A stretch of 64,000 nucleotides of DNA, from assembly GCA_965216875.1 (NCBI GenBank), contig OZ244207.1, positions 4,736,001 to 4,800,000 on the forward strand, written 5' to 3'. Shown one piece after another: positions 40,732 through 52,484 of this stretch. Both the position numbers and the translations under genes were made by a program. The notes beneath the pieces were generated by a model, which ran no database searches, was not told the DNA's origin, and saw nothing but the letters and a program-made list of their open reading frames with translations. Origin of the DNA: Rubripirellula sp. Lineage in GTDB: Bacteria > Planctomycetota > Planctomycetia > Pirellulales > Pirellulaceae. Numbering within the stretch: position 1 is the first letter of the stretch; every line of letters begins with the position of its first letter.

Positions 40732-41352
40732 ATGTCTTACACCCTGCCCGAACTTCCATACGCATACGACGCACTCGAGCCTCACATCGACGCTCGAACC
40801 ATGGAAATCCACCACACCAAGCATCATCAGGCCTACATCACCAAGGTGAATGCCGCGATCGAAGGGACCGATTTGGCCAGCAAGTCGATCGAAGACCTGG
40901 TTTCGGACCTCGCTTCGGTGCCTGACGACAAGCGTGGCGCCGTTCGCAACAACGGTGGTGGACACGCAAACCACTCACTGTTCTGGACCGTGATGGGCCC
41001 CGGCAAGGGCGGTGCCCCCGCTGGCGATTTGGCCTCGGCCATCGACAGTGCCTTCGGCTCGCTCGATGCGATGAAGGAACAATTCAACGCCGCAGCCGCC
41101 ACCCGCTTCGGTAGCGGTTGGGCTTGGGTCTACGTCGAAGGTGGCCAACTGAAAGTCGGCAGCACTGCCAACCAGGACAGCCCCCTGATGGGTGCCGAAG
41201 TTGCCGGGATCTCGGGAACCCCCATCCTTGGCTTGGACGTTTGGGAACACGCCTACTACCTGAACTACCAAAACCGTCGCCCTGACTACGTCTCGGCGTT
41301 CTGGAACGTCGTCGATTGGGACGCTGTCGCCGCTCGCTTGGCCGCTGCTTAA
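40732..41352 (+). CDS. sodA: Superoxide dismutase, probably Mn-type
   Basis: [31 protein letters not shown]. Confidence 0.95.
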   Translation: MSYTLPELPYAYDALEPHIDARTMEIHHTKHHQAYITKVNAAIEGTDLASKSIEDLVSDLASVPDDKRGAVRNNGGGHANHSLFWTVMGPGKGGAPAGDLASAIDSAFGSLDAMKEQFNAAAATRFGSGWAWVYVEGGQLKVGSTANQDSPLMGAEVAGISGTPILGLDVWEHAYYLNYQNRRPDYVSAFWNVVDWDAVAARLAAA

Positions 41353-41381
41353 GTTGGCTCGATTGCGGTCGTGGCCAGATA

Positions 41382-41543
41382 GTTCGTCGTCCCGCCTTTA
41401 GGCGGAAAAGACAGAAGATTCCGGCCAAAGCTCGGTACTACGAACTCTCGGAACAGAAAGCTCGGCAGGAGCCTTGCCCTCCCGAGAATTCGTTCGTTGC
41501 CTCATTAGAAGTGTAGGGCCCGACGCTAGCGCGTTCGGCTCAC
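41382..41543. repeat. REP mosaic: REP-D pair, REP-H, REP-B
   Basis: GTCCCGCCTTTAGGCGG...AAAGCTCGGTACTACGAAC; GCTCGGCAGGAGCCTTGCCCTCCC; GGGCCCGACGCTAGCGCGTTCGGCTCAC. Confidence 0.88.
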
Positions 41544-41581
41544 GCGGAGGCTGGTCCTGACGGTGGCGTGTTCGGCGCATG

Positions 41582-41621
41582 AAAAAAGCCCAGTGCGGTT
41601 TGCACTGGGCTTTCTTTGTTT
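41582..41621. terminator. Probable bidirectional intrinsic terminator between sodA and rpsA
   Basis: AAAGCCCAGTGC-GGTTT-GCACTGGGCTTT stem, with an A run on the left and a T-rich run on the right. Confidence 0.85.
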
Positions 41622-41638
41622 ACGACTGACGCTTGGGC

Positions 41639-43432
<1,794 letters not shown>

Positions 43433-43827
43433 AAAGTTTTGTACCAGCAGTTTGAGTTTCGACTGAGATCGAGACCGACGACCAAGTCGACCCTCGGGGG
43501 TTAGAGGAATTGTGGTCTGCCGATCGACATGATCGGCCTATCTACTACGTCGGCAAATTGGCCAGGTGGGTTCGGCCGGGGGGCCTGAAAACCAGCAATT
43601 CTCCGCCGCGAGTAGCCCGGTAACGTATCAGAGGCCGAAAAGTGCCACAACAGCTCTCGACGCAGTTTCACGCATTTCACACGTGATTTGACGGCATTTT
43701 CGTCGGCTCTCGGCATGCGACTTGGATGGTCGCCCCATGGCCGAAATGGGTCCCGCTCGGTATCACTTCAGGAGCGTCTTGATCGCCGAAATCGCCTTCC
43801 CCCATTTGCCCCAGTCTTCCGTTTTCA

Positions 43828-44304
43828 ATGTCAGACTCGTTCCCCCTAAAAATCGCCCTCGGTGGCGACCACGCCGGATTCCCTCTCAAGCAGGCGGTTT
43901 CCGAGCATTTTGGACCGATCGTCACCGAATTGATCGATTGCGGCACCGACGACGAACAATCCTGCGACTACCCCGATTTCGCGATTTCCGTTTCCAGACA
44001 GATCCTCGCTGGAAAGGCTGATCGCGGCATCATCGTGTGCGGAAGTGGCGTCGGAGTCAGCGTTGCGGCCAACAAGATCCCTGGAATCCGAGCGGCAATC
44101 TGCCACGACACCTACTCGGCCCGGCAAGGAGTCGAGCACGACGACATGAACGTCCTTTGCATTGGCGGACGCATCATCGGTTCGGCACTCGCCTTTGAAT
44201 TGGTCAGCGCTTTCCTCTCGGCAACCTACGTTCCCCAGGACCGCCACGCCCGCCGACTCGACAAAGTGCTCGACATCGAACGCCGAGGCCTCGACGCACT
44301 GTAG
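43828..44304 (+). CDS. rpiB: Ribose-5-phosphate isomerase B
   Basis: DHAG, DYPD, CGSGVG, ANKIPGIRAA, RHARR. Confidence 0.96.
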   Translation: MSDSFPLKIALGGDHAGFPLKQAVSEHFGPIVTELIDCGTDDEQSCDYPDFAISVSRQILAGKADRGIIVCGSGVGVSVAANKIPGIRAAICHDTYSARQGVEHDDMNVLCIGGRIIGSALAFELVSAFLSATYVPQDRHARRLDKVLDIERRGLDAL

Positions 44305-44315
44305 GCCGGATCAAG
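44301..44315 (+). repeat. Left part of a REP-E copy split by the IS; the right part is at 45681-45710
   Basis: Joining the flanks and removing one TCAAG restores a 40/40 match to 4780-4819. Confidence 0.92.
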
Positions 44316-45680
44316 TGTATAGACCGGGGACATAGGTAACAGTCGTTCGGGCACATGGGTAACACTTTTTGAATCGGCGAGAATCCCTCCAAATGAGGAG
44401 GGATGATGAGCTGGAAGAAGTGTGACCCGATGTCTGAGCGGATGGAATTTGTGAGACTTGCAGACGGTGATGGAGGTAACTTCTCGGCGTTGTGCGAGCG
44501 ATTTGGGGTATCTAGAAAGACGGGCTACAAGTGGCTCAAACGCTGGCGGGAGGAAGGGCAAGAGGGCCTGGAGGATCGTTCGCGTAGGCCCCAAGACTCG
44601 CCCAACAGAACGGAGGATGTGATTGAACGGATGGTCCTCGAGATCCGCAGTGAGCATCCCGCCTGGGGCGGACGTAAGATTCGAAAGCGTCTCGAGAAGC
44701 TGGGAGTCGCTTCACCGCCGGCGGCCAGCACGATTACCGCTATCCTTCACCGACACCATCAGATCAGCAAAGAGGAGTCGTCCAAGCATCGAGCGTTCGG
44801 AAGTTTTGAACGAGCAGAACCTAATGAACTCTGGCAAGTGGACTTCAAGGGAGAATTCAAGCTCAGCAACAAGAAGCTATGTTATCCGTTGACGGTTTTA
44901 GATGATCATTCGCGTTACTCATTGGCGGTGTTCGCTTGCGGGAACCAACAACGCGAGACAGTCCAGAATCACTTTCGTGATGTTTTTTCACGCTACGGTC
45001 TTCCTCACGCGATTTATGTAGACAACGGCAATCCGTGGAGCAACGGTCATCATGAAATGCGACACACTCGTTTTTCAGCCTGGTTGATGCGCCACGACGT
45101 GGGTGTAATTTTTGGGCGTCCTTACCATCCTCAAGGTCGCGGCAAACTGGAGCGATTTCATCGCACACTCAAACTCGAAGCGTTACAGGGCCAACAGTTC
45201 GACACGTTCCACCAGGTGCAGTCACGTTTTGATCCTTGGCGTGAAATGTACAACCACGAACGTCCGCACGAGGCACTTGAGCTGTCGACCCCATCAGAGC
45301 GTTATCGGATCAGTACGCGAAGTTTTCATGAACGGACCGAGCCGTATCAATACAGCGACCGATTTGAGGTTCGCAAGACAAACCGCTACGGCCAACTGAA
45401 CTACCATGGCAACGTGTACCGCGTCAGCGAGGCCTTCATCGATCAGCCCATCGGGCTGAGTGCTACCACAACCGACGGGGTCTGGGACCTGTGGTATTGC
45501 CGCTTCCGGATTGCCCAGCTTGACGAGCGAGGCAAGACAATTCGCCGGCACCAGCCATGCGTCTGAAGCTCGCTACGCTCGCTCCAGCCGCATGGCTGGT
45601 GCCAGATCGCAGGCAACCCTATGCTGCAAAGTGTTACCTATGTCCCCGAACATGTGTTACCCATGTCCCTGGACAATACA
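44316..45680 (+). mobile_element. IS481-family insertion sequence, 1365 bp, with a 5-bp target duplication TCAAG
   Basis: TGT...ACA ends; imperfect 26-bp terminal IR (TGTATAGACCGGGGACATAGGTAACA vs TGTATTGTCCAGGGACATGGGTAACA); TCAAG at 44311-44315 and 45681-45685. Confidence 0.95.
44403..45566 (+). CDS. IS481-family DDE transposase
   Basis: HTH LCERFGVSRKTGYKW, WQVDFKG, LDDHSR, VDNG, PQGRGKLERFHRTLK, YNHERPH. Confidence 0.95.
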   Translation: MMSWKKCDPMSERMEFVRLADGDGGNFSALCERFGVSRKTGYKWLKRWREEGQEGLEDRSRRPQDSPNRTEDVIERMVLEIRSEHPAWGGRKIRKRLEKLGVASPPAASTITAILHRHHQISKEESSKHRAFGSFERAEPNELWQVDFKGEFKLSNKKLCYPLTVLDDHSRYSLAVFACGNQQRETVQNHFRDVFSRYGLPHAIYVDNGNPWSNGHHEMRHTRFSAWLMRHDVGVIFGRPYHPQGRGKLERFHRTLKLEALQGQQFDTFHQVQSRFDPWREMYNHERPHEALELSTPSERYRISTRSFHERTEPYQYSDRFEVRKTNRYGQLNYHGNVYRVSEAFIDQPIGLSATTTDGVWDLWYCRFRIAQLDERGKTIRRHQPCV

Positions 45681-45728
45681 TCAAGGAGCGACAGCGACGC
45701 AGATCCGGCATCATCCTCAGGGCTCAAC

Positions 45729-45980
45729 CTCGTTACCCCGCTCCGCGTGGTAACGCACACTCGGACGCTCCGCGTCCCCTTTCTTGGCGGTAGCTACCTT
45801 CGCCAGAAGGTGGTTTCCATCGGCAAACCGCTTTGCACGATCACCACGCTCTGACGAGCGTAGCGACGCTGAGTCGTGTAAGGCCCGACGCTAGCGCGTT
45901 CGGCTCACGATCCGTTTGTGGTCCAGCCTTCAGGCGGTCTGTTAGAAGATTCCGTCTAAAAAGCTCGGTACGTCGAACGG
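45729..45980. repeat. REP mosaic: REP-G (45729-45777) plus an inverted copy of the C/B/D composite unit
   Basis: REP-G has an inverted counterpart at 62519-62567; linkers TGTAAGGCCC and CACGATCCGTT are reverse complements of those at 29400-29700. Confidence 0.87.
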
Positions 45981-45985
45981 ACGCC

Positions 45986-47236
45986 TCAAAACAGCTTCGA
46001 CAGATCGCCATCGAGTTTGCGGGCTTGGTGCGACATCGCCGCGTTGGCCAGTTCGATCGCCACGCGTGACTCCAAGGTCACTCCGGCTCGGACCCCAACA
46101 CAAGGATCGTGGCGTCCTTTCACGAGTTCAAAATCGATCTCTTCCAGATTCTTGCGGACCGACTTTTGCCGTTTGTTGATGGTCGAGGTCGGCTTGAATC
46201 CCACGCGAAACACCAGCGGCATCCCCGTGGTGATCCCGCCAAGCAGCCCGCCGTGACTATTAGCGCCATAGCCATCACTGCGAATCGGATCGTTGTTTTC
46301 GCTGCCCAATCGCTCAATCACATTAGCGCCGGCACCAACTTCACACGACTGCACGGCATTGAGCCCGCCGAGTGTGCCCATGATGCGTGCCTTCAAACTC
46401 TGGTACAGCGGATCACCCAAAAGGGGCGGCACGTTCAATGCCACGACTTCAACCGCAGCACCCAGCGAGTCACCTCTTTTACGTACCTCCTTGATCAACT
46501 CGCCCGCTTCGGATGCAAACGCATCGTCGAGCGAATAGATCTCCGATTGCTCCATTTGGCCAATGACCGACTCGATTGCCTTGCGGTCGATGCTCAAATT
46601 CTCGGAGTCCTGCGCCAGATTTTGGAAATGATCTGACAAACTCTTGTTCGCCTTGAGCGGACCCACCTGGCAAATGGACGACACGATGACCGTTCCGAAT
46701 TTGTCCTGCATCAACATCCGAGCGATCGCGCCGCCGACCACGTCGGTGATCGTCGCGCGGTAACTCGAACGACCGCCGCCACGAATGTCGACCCGTCCTG
46801 CCGACTGATGGAATTTCACCAGGTCGGTGTGGCCCGGCCGCACTTCGCCCTTGAGCCCTTCGAATTGGGTGTAGTCACCTGACTTCTTGGAGGTCGACAA
46901 AACGATCGCTGCGATCGGTTCGCCCGTCGTGTACCCCTCTTCGTAGCCTTCGGTCTCGAACGATTGACCGTCGACTTCGACCGAAATCGACGAACCTCCG
47001 AGCAACTTGTCGTGATCATCTTGGTAGATGCCCGACAGGAAAATGACTTTGTCCTTTTCATTGCGAGGCGTGCCGTGCCGATTGCCCCCAGGGCGACGGC
47101 GATCAAGAAACGCTTGGACGGTTGAGCGGTCAATGTACAAACCGGGCGGACACCCAAACACAATCGTGGTCACAGCCGGGCCATGCGACTCTCCCGCACC
47201 CGCGACGCCGAATAGAGGACCACCCAAGATTTCCAT
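45986..47236 (-). CDS. aroC: Chorismate synthase
   Basis: GESHG, RRRPG, RPGHTD, GGGRSSYR, GGLLGGITTG, FKPTST, GRHDPC. Confidence 0.93.
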   Translation of the reverse strand: MEILGGPLFGVAGAGESHGPAVTTIVFGCPPGLYIDRSTVQAFLDRRRPGGNRHGTPRNEKDKVIFLSGIYQDDHDKLLGGSSISVEVDGQSFETEGYEEGYTTGEPIAAIVLSTSKKSGDYTQFEGLKGEVRPGHTDLVKFHQSAGRVDIRGGGRSSYRATITDVVGGAIARMLMQDKFGTVIVSSICQVGPLKANKSLSDHFQNLAQDSENLSIDRKAIESVIGQMEQSEIYSLDDAFASEAGELIKEVRKRGDSLGAAVEVVALNVPPLLGDPLYQSLKARIMGTLGGLNAVQSCEVGAGANVIERLGSENNDPIRSDGYGANSHGGLLGGITTGMPLVFRVGFKPTSTINKRQKSVRKNLEEIDFELVKGRHDPCVGVRAGVTLESRVAIELANAAMSHQARKLDGDLSKLF

Positions 47237-47358
47237 CAACCAACTTTCACATACCGAGACCGAAAGAATTGCCCGTCACCGATCTCACAGCATACCTCGC
47301 CAACGCGATTCGTCGAACCGCACTCCATTTGTCGGCGAAGTGACAGACGCAACAATTC

Positions 47359-47479
47359 GTAGCTACGCTCGCCAGAGCGTGGGAGTGATGGAGCGTGGTT
47401 TGCCTACACAATCCCACCTTCTGGCGAAGGCAGCTCGATCATCGCAAGCATAGTCGCCTTTCGCTCCGCGAAAGTAGCG
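47359..47479. repeat. REP-C pair plus REP-I (AGTCGCCTTTCGCTCCGCGAAAGTAGC)
   Basis: REP-I has an inverted near-copy at about 29724-29750. Confidence 0.82.
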
Positions 47480-47499
47480 TAACTGCACCACCAACGCGT

Positions 47500-48942
47500 C
47501 TACGCGAGGATGTCGTGAACGACTCGGCCGTGGACGTCGGTGAGTCGGAAATCGCGTCCGGAATAGCGGAACGTCAAACGCTCGTGATCGATTCCCATTT
47601 GATGCAACACGGTCGCGTGCAAATCGTGGACGTGCGTTCGGTTTTCGATCGCGTGCATTCCGAACTCATCGGTCTTGCCATACGTGACGCCGCCGCGAAT
47701 GCCTCCGCCGGCGAGCAACATTGAAAAACCGGTGTGGTGATGATCACGCCCCGCCTTTTTCATATCCTTCGACTTATCAACCTGAGCATAAGGCGTGCGT
47801 CCGAACTCTCCGCCCCAAATCACCAGTGTGTCCTCAAGCATCCCGCGACTCTTCAAATCGCTTAACAACGCCGCGGTTGCCCGATCGCTATCCGCACACA
47901 GAGTGCGATGCGACGCGTTGTTGTTCTTGTGCGTATCCCAAGGCTGCTTGCTGCCGCTTTTGACATAGAAAACCTGAACCACTCGCACACCGCGTTCGAG
48001 CAATCGGCGTCCCAGCAAACAACTGCGTCCGAATTCGGTATCGCCATAGGACTGACGTGTCGCTTCGGTCTCAAGAGAAATATCAAACGCCTCATTCGCT
48101 TCGGTTTGCATCTGAAACGCAAGTTCCATCGAACGAATGTGTGTCTCGAGCGCGGCTTCACCCTGCCGTCGCTGCAGGTGTGCTGCGTTCAGCTTGCGGA
48201 CCAATTGCAATTGCCGAGCCTGTGTCGTCGCATCCATCGTTGGATGCTTCAAGTTGGCGATCAGCTTGTTGACATCGGTGTGGTTGGTGTTCACCTCGAC
48301 GCCCTGGTGCTGGCCTGGCAAAAACGCGCTCGACCAGAGCTGAGGCCCCACGACAGGCAACCCAGGACACAACGCAACAAACGGCGGCAGGTTTTCGTTT
48401 TCCGTTCCCAAACCGTAGGAAAGCCACGATCCCATACTCGGTCGAGTCGGTTGTTGATGGCCCGACTGCATCAACAGCAAACCAGGCTCATGGTTCGGCT
48501 GGTCAGTATGCATCGAACGCAGCACGCAGAGATCATCGGCATGCTTGGCGAGGTTCGGGAACAGCTCACTCATCACCGTGCCGCTTTCGCCGTGGGCCGC
48601 GAATTTGAAAGGCGAAGGCATGTAGCCGGCAGCGCGATCCTTTTTTGCGATGTCTGATTTGGGCGCGTCCCCTTCGTACTTGGCGAGAGCCGGCTTGGGA
48701 TCAAAGGTGTCCACGTGTGATGGGGCACCATTCATAAACAAAAAGATCACACGTTTGGCGCGTGCTGGATGATGCAACCCATCACCCACACCTTGCCCCG
48801 CCAAAGCGTCTGAAGCCAATGCACCCGAAGCCTGCATTGCCCCCATCATGCCAACCGCGCCAAAGCCGGCGCCACTGCGTGCCAGCATGGAACGGCGAGA
48901 GCAGAGATTCGTCATGGGGTCATTTGGGTTTGTCATGGTCAT
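47500..48942 (-). CDS. DUF1501 domain protein (Tat-exported)
   Basis: SRRSML; AKRVIFLFMNGAPSHVDTFDPKP, WDTH, GGEFGRTP, GRDHH, HDLHAT, RLTDVHG. Confidence 0.93.
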   Translation of the reverse strand: MTMTNPNDPMTNLCSRRSMLARSGAGFGAVGMMGAMQASGALASDALAGQGVGDGLHHPARAKRVIFLFMNGAPSHVDTFDPKPALAKYEGDAPKSDIAKKDRAAGYMPSPFKFAAHGESGTVMSELFPNLAKHADDLCVLRSMHTDQPNHEPGLLLMQSGHQQPTRPSMGSWLSYGLGTENENLPPFVALCPGLPVVGPQLWSSAFLPGQHQGVEVNTNHTDVNKLIANLKHPTMDATTQARQLQLVRKLNAAHLQRRQGEAALETHIRSMELAFQMQTEANEAFDISLETEATRQSYGDTEFGRSCLLGRRLLERGVRVVQVFYVKSGSKQPWDTHKNNNASHRTLCADSDRATAALLSDLKSRGMLEDTLVIWGGEFGRTPYAQVDKSKDMKKAGRDHHHTGFSMLLAGGGIRGGVTYGKTDEFGMHAIENRTHVHDLHATVLHQMGIDHERLTFRYSGRDFRLTDVHGRVVHDILA

Positions 48943-48950
48943 TCGATGGA

Positions 48951-51065
48951 CTAGTCGATGATGAACATCTCGCTGCTGATCAACAACGCTTGCGCGTAAT
49001 GTTGCCAAGCTTGCGAATCTCCGCCCGCCAGAAACTCTTCGGCCAATGCGTATTCGTGCTGCGAAGGTTTCCGAGCAAACAACACCTGGTAGGCATGCTC
49101 GATCTTCGAATGCTGCGAGCCACCAAAACCATCCAACCTCTCCGCCAGCCGTCGAGCGTTTTCACTGAGGAAGGGGCTATTGAGCAGGAAGAGTTTTTGA
49201 AGCGGTGTGGTGGTTTCGAATCGCATCGCGCTGTGAGCGTTCGGATCGGGAAAGTCGAATCGCGCAAGCATCGGGTTCAAGTCCAAGCGGCTCACCGAGG
49301 CGTACAGCGTCCGCTTGGATGCCTTGGGGTCATCAGGCTGGATCGACTTGCCGCCCAGGTTTCGGTCGAGACGCCCTGTCGAAGCGAGGACAGCATCTCG
49401 ATAGGCCTCGACGCTCATTCGACGCCGGGGCATCCGCCAAAATAGAGTGTTCGATGGATCGAGCTCGCTTTTGCGTGGATCAATCTCGCTCGATTGCTGG
49501 TAGGTTTGCGAAAGCACAATCTCTCTCTGCAACCATTTCAGCGACCAGCCGTTTTCCATGAAACGAACCGACAGATCATCAAGGAGTTTGGGGTGACTTG
49601 GGCGCTCGCCCAACGCACCAAAGTTACTAGGCGTCGCGACGAGCGGCTGCCCCGTCAACTCACCCCAAACTCGATTGACAATCACCCGCGCCGCGAGTGG
49701 ATTGGAACGATCAACGATTGCATCGGCCAACTCGAGTCGGCCACTCCCCGCAGTCAGCTTCGCTGGATCGGATTCGCTCAGCGCTGTCAAGAATCTCCGC
49801 TCGACAACCGGGCCAAGCTTCTTCACATCGCCGCGGATGTAGACATTCAAGTCGCGTGGTTTGCCATCACGCACCACGTGAGTGGCATCTTTCGGGCTCT
49901 TCGCCTGATCACCTTTCTTCTCAACCGAATCATCAAGCGGACGGTTGAACATTTCGGTGCTCGCAAAAACACCTGCTAGCGCGTAGTAGTCCGAAGTCGG
50001 AATCGGATCGAACTTGTGATCGTGACACCGCGCACAAGCGACGGTCAATCCGAGCAGACCGCGTGAAACGGTGTCGATGCGATCTTCCCATTCATCGGCC
50101 ATCACTTCGGGACTGTTGCGACGATAGTATTTCGGTCCAAGCCCCAAAAAGCCGAGTGCGATTTGCGATGCGTCGTCGCTCGCATCGATCAGGTCGGCGG
50201 CAAGTTGTTTGCGAACGAATTGGTCGTAGGGCAAGTCACTGGCAAAAGCATCAACGACCCAATCACGGTAAAGGTAGGCGTTGGGGTAGGTTAACGAATC
50301 GTTGTTGCCAACCTTGTGAGCTTGGTCTTCGGCGAAACGAGCAACATCAAGCCAAAGCCGCGTCCAACGTTCGGCATTTGCCGGCGAGGCTAACAACTGG
50401 TCCACCATTCGCCGTGTTGCGCCGGGTCGATCGTCGGCCAAGAATCCATGCAGTTGCTCGATTGTCGGCGGCAGCCCGGTCAAGTCAAACGACATTCGCC
50501 GCAACAACGTTGCTTTCTCGGCCGGCGGATTGGGGGCAACTCCTGCGGCCTGAAGTTGCGCCAAAACAAAAGAGTCGATCCGACCGTTTCCCCAGTTGTC
50601 CAAGGCCGCGCTGGGTCGATGAGTCGTTGGCGGTTGGAACGCCCAAAAGGACTTGGCCACATCCCAGTCGATTTCACTCGGCTGCAGCGATTCCAAATCA
50701 AGTGCGTTGCGTGGATCTTCGGCCCCCTTGGTGATCCATGTTTCAAAATCGGCAATGATGCGCTCGTCAAGTTTCCCCGACGGCGGCATTTCGATGCCAT
50801 CGTATCGAATAGCCGTAAGCAACAAACTCTTGTCCGGTTTTCCCGGCATCACCGCCACGCCTGAATCGCCACCTCGCAACATCGCGCCGGGGTCATCCAG
50901 TCGCAGACCGCCCATGATGTCGTCCGCTTCACCCGCATGGCACTCGTAACAATGCTCGACCAGGACGGGCCGAATTTTGCGTTCAAAGAACTCGGCTTCG
51001 TCCGCACAGAGCGTGAGACTGCCCCCAAACATCGAGAGCCAAATGATGACGGCTCGGGACACCAT
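48951..51065 (-). CDS. PSD1 (DUF1553)/DUF1549 and planctomycete cytochrome c domain protein
   Basis: FFERKIRPVL..HCYECH, WLDVARFAE, CARCHDHKFDP, ARVIVNRVW, PSHPKLLD; paired with DUF1501. Confidence 0.93.
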   Translation of the reverse strand: MVSRAVIIWLSMFGGSLTLCADEAEFFERKIRPVLVEHCYECHAGEADDIMGGLRLDDPGAMLRGGDSGVAVMPGKPDKSLLLTAIRYDGIEMPPSGKLDERIIADFETWITKGAEDPRNALDLESLQPSEIDWDVAKSFWAFQPPTTHRPSAALDNWGNGRIDSFVLAQLQAAGVAPNPPAEKATLLRRMSFDLTGLPPTIEQLHGFLADDRPGATRRMVDQLLASPANAERWTRLWLDVARFAEDQAHKVGNNDSLTYPNAYLYRDWVVDAFASDLPYDQFVRKQLAADLIDASDDASQIALGFLGLGPKYYRRNSPEVMADEWEDRIDTVSRGLLGLTVACARCHDHKFDPIPTSDYYALAGVFASTEMFNRPLDDSVEKKGDQAKSPKDATHVVRDGKPRDLNVYIRGDVKKLGPVVERRFLTALSESDPAKLTAGSGRLELADAIVDRSNPLAARVIVNRVWGELTGQPLVATPSNFGALGERPSHPKLLDDLSVRFMENGWSLKWLQREIVLSQTYQQSSEIDPRKSELDPSNTLFWRMPRRRMSVEAYRDAVLASTGRLDRNLGGKSIQPDDPKASKRTLYASVSRLDLNPMLARFDFPDPNAHSAMRFETTTPLQKLFLLNSPFLSENARRLAERLDGFGGSQHSKIEHAYQVLFARKPSQHEYALAEEFLAGGDSQAWQHYAQALLISSEMFIID

Positions 51066-51312
51066 GCCACACAAAGCATGGCTTTGTTGTGAGCGGCGAT
51101 TTGTGTGGGTCTTTAAACCAAGCACGGCGCGCGAAGCAGGTTGGAGGGAGGGGTAGAGCAGGGGAGTTCGCTCTGGCAGGACTTTCGATTGTAGTCGATT
51201 CGGTTGCCCGAAACAAAGCGAGTTTTGACGGACGAACCCACCGCCCAGGCTGGCTGTCCCCAATTGTGACGTCTCTTTTTTGGTAAAAACGCGTTACCAC
51301 AACGAGTTTCTC

Positions 51313-51783
51313 ATGTGCACCGTCATCAAACCTCCCCAATCCCTCGACACACTCGACGCGTCACCCAGCATCTTCCTTGCCGGCTCCATCGACCTTGGGC
51401 TCGCCGAGGATTGGCAGGCAACTTTTGCCGAGGCGATGAAAGACGATGTCGTCAACCTTCTCAACCCACGACGCGATCAATGGGATGCGAGCTGGGAACA
51501 GTCGATCGGCAACCCAATGTTTCGCGAACAGGTCGAATGGGAACTCGAAGGCCAGCGCAGGGCCGATTGCATCGCGATGTACTTTGCCCCCAAAACCAAG
51601 GCGCCCGTAACGCTCCTTGAACTCGGTCTGTTCGCGGCAAGTGGCAAGGTGATCGTCGGCTGCCCCGATGGCTATTGGCGCAAAGGCAACATCGAAATCG
51701 TGTGCGACCAATACAAGATCCCGCTACTCCCGTCCCTCGACGACCTCATCAAAGCGGTTCGAAGGTCATGCTCCCAACCGTAG
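51313..51783 (+). CDS. Nucleoside 2-deoxyribosyltransferase-like protein
   Basis: IFLAGSI....WQ, NPRR, QVEWEL, APVTLLELG, GYWRKGN. Confidence 0.85.
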   Translation: MCTVIKPPQSLDTLDASPSIFLAGSIDLGLAEDWQATFAEAMKDDVVNLLNPRRDQWDASWEQSIGNPMFREQVEWELEGQRRADCIAMYFAPKTKAPVTLLELGLFAASGKVIVGCPDGYWRKGNIEIVCDQYKIPLLPSLDDLIKAVRRSCSQP

Positions 51784-51835
51784 GTCATGCTCCGCATGAC
51801 AGTGAAATCGGATTGTCATGCGGAGCATGACCTAC
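51780..51835. repeat. REPIN (inverted REP-A doublet) upstream of the RAYT gene
   Basis: GTAGGTCATGCTCCGCATGACA, 12-nt spacer, TGTCATGCGGAGCATGACCTAC. Confidence 0.95.
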
Positions 51836-51908
51836 AAAAAGGCTTGCCACGACCTGGCTAGCAAGCGATGATTCGCATCGGTTCGCGTTATTGGGGGTAG
51901 ATATCGCC

Positions 51909-52484
51909 ATGCCAGAGTATCGTCGTGCATTCGTTCCTGGTGGAACATTCTTTTTCACGGTTGTTGTTCATCAGAGGCGCGACCTGTTTCGCGACCCAGT
52001 CGCCATCGACCTACTCAGAAGCGTCCTGCGGAGATGCTCCCTGCGTTGGCCTACTGAATTCAATGCGTTCGTTCTTTTGCCAGATCATTGGCACACCATC
52101 GTCTCACTTCCTCAGGGTGACGATGAGTACTCCAAACGAATCGGCTGGATCAAAAAGGAGTTTACGAAGCACTGGTTGGCGTTGGGCGGCTCGGAGGGTG
52201 AGATCTCTGATGCAAAAACACGCCAGCGACGACGCGGGATTTGGCAACCAAGGTTTTGGGAACACACGATCGAAGACGAAGCCGACTTCGACAACCACTT
52301 CGACTACATACATTGGAATCCCGTCAAACATGGACATGCGAGTCGCCCGAAAGATTGGCCACATTCAAGTTTTCGTCGATGGGTCGAGAGGGGCGTTTAT
52401 TCAGAAGACTGGGCATCTGGTGCAACCGTCGGAACCCAAGAACCGCCAACAGCAAAGAACGTTCGTGAAGCTGGCGAACCGTAG
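51909..52484 (+). CDS. rayT: REP-associated tyrosine transposase (RAYT/TnpA-REP, HUH Y1 family)
   Basis: YRR...PGGTFFFTV, HUH in LPDHWH, IWQPRFWEH, catalytic Tyr in DYIHWNPVKHG, WPHSSF; REPINs on both sides. Confidence 0.95.
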   Translation: MPEYRRAFVPGGTFFFTVVVHQRRDLFRDPVAIDLLRSVLRRCSLRWPTEFNAFVLLPDHWHTIVSLPQGDDEYSKRIGWIKKEFTKHWLALGGSEGEISDAKTRQRRRGIWQPRFWEHTIEDEADFDNHFDYIHWNPVKHGHASRPKDWPHSSFRRWVERGVYSEDWASGATVGTQEPPTAKNVREAGEP

